A stretch of DNA of 41,848 nt, taken from contig CAZVCM010000001.1 of assembly GCA_964626105.1 (NCBI GenBank), positions 1 through 41,848 of the forward strand, in the 5' to 3' direction. Shown here piece after piece: positions 7,044-13,554 of this stretch (positions are counted from its first letter, which is position 1; every line of letters starts with the position of its first letter). The position numbers and the translations under genes were made by a program. Source of the DNA: an uncultured Thermoflexus sp. (GTDB lineage Bacteria > Chloroflexota > Anaerolineae > Aggregatilineales > Aggregatilineaceae). The notes beneath the pieces were generated by a model. The model was not told the DNA's origin. It ran no database searches and saw only the letters and a list, made by a program, of their open reading frames with translations.

Positions 7044-8383
7044 TGGACGAGCAGAAGAGCGACTCGGGGCGTGAGGGCCCGCGCGATATGCCGCGCATCA
7101 TCGTCGCCCAACGGGTGATGGACAAGATTCGGCGAGGCGCGCTGCTCTATCCGGAGCCGGAGACCGGCGAAGCGCTGATCGGGTTTGTCGTGCCCACGCA
7201 GGGCCACCCCGAGCCGGACATCTACATCCTTGATACGATCGGGCCGGGTGAAGATGCCGTCCGCGAGTGGGGGATGTTCGAGCAGGGGGACGACTGGCAG
7301 GGCGATGTCTTCGACTGGCTGTTTTACAACTGGGAAGCGTTTCGCGAGCTGCGCCGTCCGTCGTATGGCAACGCGGTTGCCGCGAAGTGGGACTTTCCGC
7401 TGGCGCACGTGGGCGACTGGCATAAGCAGCCCGGCGATATGATCGCCCCGTCCGGGGGCGATGCCGCGACCGCGCGCCGCATGATCGAGGACCGCGAAAC
7501 GCCGATTGAGCACCTTGTCGCGCCGATTGTGACGCTGTATCCGCTGGCGCCTGAGCCACCCGCGCCGGAAGCGGAAGGCGCAGAAGCGGCGGCGGATGTC
7601 TCCGCGTCAGAGGAAGCGGGGCGCATGGCGGCGCACACTGGCTCTGCTCCGCCGGAGGCCGCGCCGGACGCCGTGCCAACTGATGCGGAGGAAGCCGCCG
7701 AAACCCTCCCCAGCGCAAGCGCGGAGCCCGCTCAAACTGAGGACGCGCCTGCGGAGCCGGAGTTGCCTGCCGAGCCGCCGCTGGCGCCGAACGCCATCAT
7801 TCTGCGCGATCACGAGTCGGGCTGGACGATCCGCGTCGATTTCTGGTATATGAGCAAGCGCCGTAAGAGCTTCGTGCCGGTCGTGCCCAAGGTGTGGGCC
7901 GATGACCGGCTGCCGGGGCTCCCGGCGATTAGCTGGCACCTGGCGCAACCAAGCCGCTTTGAGCAAGAGCTTCGGATGCTGACGCGCGAGGGATACAGCG
8001 TCGATATCGTGCGCTGGGATGCGGATGGCCGCCCGCCTTATGAGGTCTGCTTTGCGGTGTACCGCCCCGGCGCGACGCACGTTCTGCTGCTGGTAACCTC
8101 GGCGGATTATCCGTACGAGATGCCGGCGGTGCGCGTATCCCCGCTGGTCAGCGTGGCCGAAGATGAAGACGTGTTCGAGAAGCTGTATCAGGCGTCGCGC
8201 CCGCTGATGCTCACGCAGCTTCCGTCGTGGGAATGGGATACCAAGCGCACGCTGTTGGAACTGGCGCGGCATGTCGAGGAGACACACAAATCGTCGGACG
8301 AACGCGAGCCTTCGGCGCCTGTGAACGACAGCGCAGCCGCTTCGAGCGCGCCGGACGTAGAAGCGAAGGACAGCGTTTCATGA
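7037..8383 (+). CDS. JAB/JAMM (MPN) domain protein with acidic linker and a C-terminal Cys-less E2/UEV-like domain
   Basis: The N-terminal domain has ETGEALIG (JAMM Glu region) and WHKQPGDMIAPSGGD, aligned to the H-x-H-x7-S-x2-D JAMM motif with Gln in place of the second His. An A/E/P-rich linker spans about 7514-7790. The C-terminal domain (RFEQELRMLT ... HVLLLVTSADYPYEMPAVRVSP) mirrors the E2 layout. ATG 7037 lies 7 nt after GGAGGAG and overlaps the E2 stop. The ORF-track start at 6884 is an upstream read-through. Confidence 0.7.
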   Translation: MVMDEQKSDSGREGPRDMPRIIVAQRVMDKIRRGALLYPEPETGEALIGFVVPTQGHPEPDIYILDTIGPGEDAVREWGMFEQGDDWQGDVFDWLFYNWEAFRELRRPSYGNAVAAKWDFPLAHVGDWHKQPGDMIAPSGGDAATARRMIEDRETPIEHLVAPIVTLYPLAPEPPAPEAEGAEAAADVSASEEAGRMAAHTGSAPPEAAPDAVPTDAEEAAETLPSASAEPAQTEDAPAEPELPAEPPLAPNAIILRDHESGWTIRVDFWYMSKRRKSFVPVVPKVWADDRLPGLPAISWHLAQPSRFEQELRMLTREGYSVDIVRWDADGRPPYEVCFAVYRPGATHVLLLVTSADYPYEMPAVRVSPLVSVAEDEDVFEKLYQASRPLMLTQLPSWEWDTKRTLLELARHVEETHKSSDEREPSAPVNDSAAASSAPDVEAKDSVS

Positions 8384-9327
8384 GTTGGGATCGTGTCGAG
8401 CGGTTGTTGGGTGAAGGAACGCTGGCTTACCTTCGAGAGCGGACGGTTGGGATTATCGGGCTGGGCTCGGGTGGCAGCTTCGCCGCGGTCGCGCTGGCGA
8501 TGAGCGGCGTAGGCCGCTTCATTCTGATCGACGATGACGTGCTGGAGCCGGCGAACGTGGTCCGCCACGCCGCCGACCGCCGCTACGTCGGGCAGACGAA
8601 AGCCGCTGCCGTCGCTGATTTGATCTACCAGCGGAATCCGGACGCTTTCGTCGAGTCCATTCACGGGCGGATCGAGGACCATCTCGAGAAGCTGGCCGAG
8701 ATGGATCTGGTCGTGGTGGGCGTGGACGCCGAAAGGCCAAAGTATGCGATCAATCAGGCGTGCCTCGCGGCGGGACGCATCGCGGTATATGCGGGCGTGT
8801 ATGAACGCGGCGAAGGCGGAGATGTCTGCGTCATTCGCCCCGACGACGGGCCGTGCTACGCCTGCTGGGCAGAGCATCTGCGCGAAGGGCTGGCCGAGCC
8901 GGTTGGGCCGGAAGCCGAGCTAGATTATGGTATGATCGGCCCGGATGGCACGCTGGCAGCCGAGCCAGGGCTGTGGATTCACGTGGTGCGGGTGGCAGGC
9001 GCGCAGGCGGATCTGGCGCTCAACGCGCTGCTGGAAGACACCGAAGCGCACGTCGAAATGCCCGGTAACACAGTGATCCTCGCCAATCGCCAGCTTGAGA
9101 TCTACGAGGGGCGCATCACGCCGCCCTATGGCGCGGAGTGGGTATCCGTGCCGTGCAACCCGGATTGCCTGGTGTGCGGCTGCCGCCAGCCACGCGCCGC
9201 CGCGAACACGGTGTCGCTGGATGACCTGGCCGCGTTGGGCAATATATCGCTAGAGGATGAGGCGCTGTCGAACGGCCCGCCCGCCGACCGCTTGAAAGAA
9301 GAAGGAAACGCGCAAGATGACCGATGA
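8380..9327 (+). CDS. ThiF/MoeB/HesA-family E1-like adenylyltransferase (no rhodanese domain)
   Basis: Motifs seen are VGIIGLGSGGSFAAVALAMSGVGRFILIDDDVLEPANVVRH (Rossmann GxGxxG plus D.D..N..R), TKAAA, VVVGVD, and zinc-type CxxC pairs CYAC and CLVC. ATG 8380 overlaps the upstream stop as ATGA (8380-8383). The ORF-track start at 8227 lies inside the JAB gene. Confidence 0.85.
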   Translation: MSWDRVERLLGEGTLAYLRERTVGIIGLGSGGSFAAVALAMSGVGRFILIDDDVLEPANVVRHAADRRYVGQTKAAAVADLIYQRNPDAFVESIHGRIEDHLEKLAEMDLVVVGVDAERPKYAINQACLAAGRIAVYAGVYERGEGGDVCVIRPDDGPCYACWAEHLREGLAEPVGPEAELDYGMIGPDGTLAAEPGLWIHVVRVAGAQADLALNALLEDTEAHVEMPGNTVILANRQLEIYEGRITPPYGAEWVSVPCNPDCLVCGCRQPRAAANTVSLDDLAALGNISLEDEALSNGPPADRLKEEGNAQDDR

Positions 9328-9682
9328 GCAGACTCCCATGAACGACCAGCCGCCGGTCGAAGAACCGGCTGCGCCCACACCGCCTGAGCAGACGCCACCT
9401 GAGCAGAGTTTGCCGCCGCAAGCGCCGCCAGATGAGCCGCCGAAAGTGGTTGATGAGACGCCCGTCACGCCGGAAACCCCCGCGACGGATGACGATCTTG
9501 GCTCGCGCCTGGAGCGGTTGGGCGGCGAGCCTGCGCCCGATATCACGCCGGAAGAGTTCGCGCGGTTGCAGCAGGCCGGCCAGATCCACATCGACCCACG
9601 CGGGCGCGTGCGCGCTACGCGCCGCGACGAAACCGACGCGGGGATCTCGCTCCGCAAGCGGCGCGCGTGGTACGTTGCGTGA
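9317..9682 (+). CDS. Hypothetical proline/glutamate-rich, probably disordered protein
   Basis: 121 aa. Third-position G/C looks high, consistent with real coding. The start overlaps the E1 stop by 11 nt. The N-terminal 60 aa are P/E/T-rich, followed by an internal RLERLGG (Gly-Gly codons 9521-9526). No family was recognised. Confidence 0.45.
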   Translation: MTDEQTPMNDQPPVEEPAAPTPPEQTPPEQSLPPQAPPDEPPKVVDETPVTPETPATDDDLGSRLERLGGEPAPDITPEEFARLQQAGQIHIDPRGRVRATRRDETDAGISLRKRRAWYVA

Positions 9683-10353
9683 GCGGTCGAGACACGCTCG
9701 CAGCGTCGATTACGCTCGACGATGTGCGCGCCGCGCTGTCGCTGGAAGGCTTTGACGCGCTCGAAGCGCAGCGGCGGATGGCGCCCCAGCCGCGCGTGCT
9801 GCGCCGCCCGTCGAACCGACCCGGCCAGCCGCACCAGGGCAGCGTGATTGTGCTATTGACTTCTGGCGAGCAGGGCCTCAGCTTTCCGCTTATCCGCCGC
9901 GCTGAAAACGCCGCCGACGTACACAGCGGGCAGATCAGCCTGCCGGGCGGCGCGCGAGAGCCAGGCGAAACCCCGGTGCAGACCGCTTTACGCGAAGCGG
10001 CGGAAGAACTCGGCGAGGGGCCGGAGATCGAAGTCCTGGGCGAGCTGATGCCACTGTATATTCCGCCGAGCGATTTTGAAGTGGCGGCGTTTGTCGGCTG
10101 GCTGCCCGAGGTGCGGCGCTGGCAACCACAGCCCGATGAGGTGGTCGAGGTGCTGGACTGCCCGATCACGTGGTTGTTCGAGGCGCCGCGCAAGCACGTT
10201 GAGGATTGGGCGTTCGAGGGCTACAGCCTGCGTGTGCCCTGGTACGACGTGTGCGGGCACCGCGTCTGGGGCGCGACCGCGATCCTGCTCAGTGAGTTAG
10301 AACACCGCCTGCGGCACGCGCTGAACGGGCGGCTATCGGATGTATTAGAATGA
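9667..10353 (+). CDS. Nudix hydrolase, CoA pyrophosphatase (NudL/Nudt7-like) type
   Basis: The Nudix box GGAREPGETPVQTALREAAEELG is preceded by VLLTSG....FPLIRRAENAADVHSGQISLPGG, which resembles the CoA-pyrophosphatase signature. Start candidates are GTG 9667 and GTG 9679; the latter overlaps the upstream stop as GTGA. Confidence 0.8.
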   Translation: MVRCVSGRDTLAASITLDDVRAALSLEGFDALEAQRRMAPQPRVLRRPSNRPGQPHQGSVIVLLTSGEQGLSFPLIRRAENAADVHSGQISLPGGAREPGETPVQTALREAAEELGEGPEIEVLGELMPLYIPPSDFEVAAFVGWLPEVRRWQPQPDEVVEVLDCPITWLFEAPRKHVEDWAFEGYSLRVPWYDVCGHRVWGATAILLSELEHRLRHALNGRLSDVLE

Positions 10354-10376
10354 GTGTCTGGCGTGGGAATGCACGC

Positions 10377-10405
10377 TTGACCGGCCAGGGGCCATACGCT
10401 ATACT
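10377..10405 (+). promoter_or_regulatory. Sigma-70-like promoter candidate for the rpmH-rnpA operon
   Basis: TTGACC (10377-10382), 17-nt spacer, TATACT (10400-10405), about 115 nt upstream of the rpmH ATG. Confidence 0.5.
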
Positions 10406-10519
10406 TGCCCTCTCGATCGCAAGGCGCAGGCCCGCCGCGCCGGTGCTGAGGGCCGCGCGAATTGCATGAGTTGTCGAACCCGCGCCCTCGTGCGCGTTTT
10501 TTGAAAGAGGACACTACCA

Positions 10520-10699
10520 ATGCCAAAGCGTACCTACCAGCCGAAGAAACGTCGTCGGGTTCGCGTGCACGGTTTTCGCAAGCGGATGAGCACGCGCGTT
10601 GGGCGCAGGGTGCTCAAGGCTCGCCGGGCGAAGGGCCGCAAGCTGCTCGCGCCGAAGATGAACAACCACATCAAGAAGATCAACTGGAACAGCGACTAG
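10520..10699 (+). CDS. rpmH: 50S ribosomal protein L34 (59 aa, below the ORF-track cutoff)
   Basis: Manual translation gives [59 protein letters not shown]. This is a canonical L34 N-terminus. AGAGGA lies upstream, and the gene sits directly before rnpA as in most bacteria. Confidence 0.9.
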   Translation: MPKRTYQPKKRRRVRVHGFRKRMSTRVGRRVLKARRAKGRKLLAPKMNNHIKKINWNSD

Positions 10700-10723
10700 T
10701 TCAGGGTCTATGAGCTTGCTGCT

Positions 10724-11083
10724 ATGCAGCGCCCCTTGCGACTGCGCCGCAAAGAAGATTTCGCACGTCTCCGCACATCCGGGCGAGTCTGGCGCCATCC
10801 CTTCGTGATTCTCAGCGTCGCGCCCAATGCCCTGCCCCACAATCGCTACGGATTCATCACAGGAAAGCGGTTGGGGAATGCGGTCCGACGAAATCGCGTA
10901 CGGCGCGTATTGCGTGAAGCGGTCCGGCAGGCGCACCCGGCGCTGCGAAGCGGGCACGATATGGTGTTTATCGCGCGGGACGCTATCGCTGGGGAGCCGT
11001 TCGCTAGCGTGCAGGACGCAGTGAGCACGCTGCTACGCCGGGCTGGTCTGTGGGAAGGTGAGTTGGAGGATCGAGCAGAATGA
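10724..11083 (+). CDS. rnpA: Ribonuclease P protein component
   Basis: 119 aa. [11 protein letters not shown] ... [24 protein letters not shown] is the RnpA RNR motif region. The rpmH-rnpA-yidD synteny supports the call. Confidence 0.9.
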   Translation: MQRPLRLRRKEDFARLRTSGRVWRHPFVILSVAPNALPHNRYGFITGKRLGNAVRRNRVRRVLREAVRQAHPALRSGHDMVFIARDAIAGEPFASVQDAVSTLLRRAGLWEGELEDRAE

Positions 11084-11289
11084 AAGCTCTCGGCTTGTTC
11101 GCGATCCGGGTTTACCAGCGCACATTCTCGCGGATGCTGCCACCAAGCTGCCGGTTTGATCCAAGTTGCTCGCACTATACGTACCCGGCGATCGTGAAAC
11201 ACGGCCTGCTGAAGGGTGGCTGGCTTGGGCTGCGGCGGATTGGTCGCTGTCACCCGCTCAGCCCCGGCGGCTATGATCCGGTTCCGTAG
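11080..11289 (+). CDS. yidD: Membrane protein insertion efficiency factor YidD
   Basis: 69 aa. YQRTFS...[19 protein letters not shown]...[12 protein letters not shown]...GGYDPVP is present. The start overlaps the rnpA stop (ATGA). Confidence 0.9.
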   Translation: MKALGLFAIRVYQRTFSRMLPPSCRFDPSCSHYTYPAIVKHGLLKGGWLGLRRIGRCHPLSPGGYDPVP

Positions 11290-11308
11290 GACAGACCGTC
11301 CCGCCAAA

Positions 11309-12505
11309 ATGAGTGTCAGGGAAACAGCATTGACTATCTTCCCCTTGAAAAACAAGCGCCCCCGCCTGCGGCTGGGGATATTGCTGATTCTGGCGGTTGC
11401 GCTGGCAGCGTGTGGTGGCGTGGCCGGTGGCAGTTGGGCCGGACTTAGCACGAACCAGAGCGGCGAGAAGCTCTTCGTCGCCTATGACCGGAGCGTGGTC
11501 GCGCTGAACGCGGCCAGCGGCGCGGTGCTGTGGGAGTATCCCGACGAGGACTCGCGCAACGCTCAGTTCTACGCCCAGCCGGTCGCGGACAATGGTAGCG
11601 TCTATGTGGGTGACTATGATGGCCGCCTGCACGCGATCGACTCCGAAACGGGCACCAGCCAGTGGGTATATGAGCCGGAGCGCGAAACGCTCGTCGGGCC
11701 GCTGTCTCCCGAAGCGCCAGATCGCGTGATCAGCGGCGTGGCGCTCAGCCCGGACCTCGCGTTCTTTGGCCTGGGCAGCCGCAATGTGGTGGCGGTCGCG
11801 CGGGAAGACGCGTCTGAGGTGTGGACGTTCGAGACCGATCACGGGGTGTGGGGCACGCCGCTCTATCTCGACGCCGAAAGCAGCCCGGACGGCACGCCTC
11901 TGCTGTTGGTGTCCTCGCTGGACCACAACCTCTATGCGCTCGATCCGGAGTCCGGCAATGAGTATTGGAGCCTGAACCTGGGCGGCGCGGCGTCGGGCAA
12001 TATGCTGTATGACGCCGAAAACCAGCGCGTCTATCTCGGGACGTTTGGCAAGGGCGTGGTCGCGGTGGATCTGGAATCCGCCTCAATCGCGGCTCGCTTC
12101 CAGACGGAAGAATGGGTCTGGAGCCATCCGGCGCTGGATGGCAACCGGCTGTATATTGGGGACCTCGGCGGCAACCTGTACGCTGTGGAAATTGGCGAGG
12201 GCACGCTGACGCAGGCGTGGAAGGTCACCCCGACGCCGGAAGCGATTCGCGGCACGCCGCTGGTGATCGATAATCTGGTGATTGTCGGCGCAGAAGATGG
12301 GCGCATCTTCGCCCGGATTGCGGAAAGCGGCGCTGAGGTGTGGTCCACAAACGTCGAGGCGAAGGTCCTCACCGAGCTGATCAGCGTGTCCGACGAAGAT
12401 GACGATACGACGCATATCGTCGCCGGGACCGATAAAAAAGAGCGCTTGATCGTCGCTCTGAACGTCACGAACGGCGAGGGAGCGTGGTCGTATGGTAACG
12501 ATTAA
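11309..12505 (+). CDS. PQQ-like beta-propeller repeat lipoprotein (BamB/YfgL-like fold)
   Basis: ATG 11309 gives a signal peptide with lipobox LAVALAACGG. Propeller motifs recur: GSVYVGDYDGRLHAIDSETGTSQW, SSLDHNLYALDPESGNEYW, RLYIGDLGGNLYAV and VGAEDGRIFARIAESGAEVW. The ORF-track start at 11216 overlaps yidD. Confidence 0.8.
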   Translation: MSVRETALTIFPLKNKRPRLRLGILLILAVALAACGGVAGGSWAGLSTNQSGEKLFVAYDRSVVALNAASGAVLWEYPDEDSRNAQFYAQPVADNGSVYVGDYDGRLHAIDSETGTSQWVYEPERETLVGPLSPEAPDRVISGVALSPDLAFFGLGSRNVVAVAREDASEVWTFETDHGVWGTPLYLDAESSPDGTPLLLVSSLDHNLYALDPESGNEYWSLNLGGAASGNMLYDAENQRVYLGTFGKGVVAVDLESASIAARFQTEEWVWSHPALDGNRLYIGDLGGNLYAVEIGEGTLTQAWKVTPTPEAIRGTPLVIDNLVIVGAEDGRIFARIAESGAEVWSTNVEAKVLTELISVSDEDDDTTHIVAGTDKKERLIVALNVTNGEGAWSYGND

Positions 12506-12546
12506 GCCCGGCCCCCAAAAGCGAATGAGTGTGAAGGCACCCAGCC

Positions 12547-13530
12547 ATGTTTGATCTAATCATCAATCCCTTCATCACCATCCTGCTGTTCTTATACCAG
12601 GTGCTGGGGGGTAACGTCGTACTGGCGATCGTGGTCTTTACCGTCCTGGTCCGCCTGGCGACTATGCCGCTGACGCTCAAGCAGCAGCGCTCGACCAAGG
12701 CGATGCAGGAGCTCCAGCCCGAGCTGAAGCGCATCCAGGAAAAGTACAAGAACGACCGCGAGCGCGCCGCGCAGGCGCAGATGGAGCTTTACAAGCGGTA
12801 CGGCGTCAACCCGCTGGCCGGGTGTCTCCCGCTGCTGATCCAGTTCCCGATCCTGATCGGGTTGTACCGCGCGATTGTCGCCACGCTGGCGGCCACGCCG
12901 CTGGAGTTGCTGGACCTGTCAGGCCGCCTGTGGGTTCCGAGCCTCGCGTCGCAGGTCCCATTACAGAGTCATTTCCTGTGGCTGAACCTCGCCGTGCCGG
13001 ACCCGCTCTACATTTTGCCGGTGCTGGTTGTGGTGACCACATGGCTTCAGCAGAAGCTGCTAATGCCTGCCTCGTCGTCTTCTAGTGGTGGGCAGGGCGA
13101 TCAGGCGGCGGCAATGACTCGCCAGATGACGACGATCATGCCGCTGATGTTCGGCGTGTTCTCGCTGTCGTTTGCGTCGGGGCTGTCGATCTACTTCATC
13201 GCGTCGAACCTGATCGGTATAGCTCAGTATGCGGCGATGGGCCGGATCGATTTTAAGCGGATGGCTGGGCGCGTGCCCGAAGAAGACACGCCGAAAGTCG
13301 TTGATTCGGAAGCGGTGAGCGCGGACGACGCTCCGGCTGACGAGATGCCCAAGCGCCGCGAAGGGAAGAAGAAGGCGAAGCGCGCCGCAGATAAACCCGC
13401 GCGCCCGCAGAAAGCTCAACAGCCCGCCGCGCGGCCTAGCGCCGCCATGGCTCCGATTGTGAAACCCAAGCGCGCCGGAATCCGTGATACGCGCGCGGAG
13501 CCGCGGACCAAGAGCAAAGCCAAGAGTTGA
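12547..13530 (+). CDS. yidC: Membrane protein insertase YidC/Oxa1 family (short form) with a basic C-terminal tail
   Basis: AIVVFTVLVRLATMPLTLKQQRS..MQELQPELKRIQEKYKND ... YGVNPLAGCLPLLIQFPILIGLY is present. The lysine/arginine-rich C-terminus is typical of ribosome-binding tails. Confidence 0.9.
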   Translation: MFDLIINPFITILLFLYQVLGGNVVLAIVVFTVLVRLATMPLTLKQQRSTKAMQELQPELKRIQEKYKNDRERAAQAQMELYKRYGVNPLAGCLPLLIQFPILIGLYRAIVATLAATPLELLDLSGRLWVPSLASQVPLQSHFLWLNLAVPDPLYILPVLVVVTTWLQQKLLMPASSSSSGGQGDQAAAMTRQMTTIMPLMFGVFSLSFASGLSIYFIASNLIGIAQYAAMGRIDFKRMAGRVPEEDTPKVVDSEAVSADDAPADEMPKRREGKKKAKRAADKPARPQKAQQPAARPSAAMAPIVKPKRAGIRDTRAEPRTKSKAKS

Positions 13531-13554
13531 TTCTTTACCCGTAAAGGGGGTGCC

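Noticed and set aside
7098-8877. Several 200-230-aa minus-strand ORFs (7098-7718, 7607-8287, 8188-8877) inside the E2/JAB/E1 operon, considered as a possible hidden Ubl or antisense partner
   Set aside because: They are R/A/P/G-rich with no beta-grasp-like pattern, none ends in Gly-Gly, and they overlap well-supported + strand genes. They are most likely GC-driven open frames.
6561-9327. Interpreting the locus as a type II CBASS (Cap2/Cap3) system
   Set aside because: No CD-NTase-like gene or CBASS effector is recognisable in the window. E1 and E2 are also separate proteins here, rather than the Cap2 fusion.
8380-9327. Interpreting the E1-like gene as an ordinary MoeB/ThiF for cofactor biosynthesis
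   Set aside because: It is translationally coupled to UBC-like and JAB genes and has no moa, moe or thi neighbours. A separate MoeB-rhodanese gene sits nearby. This cannot be fully excluded without phylogeny.
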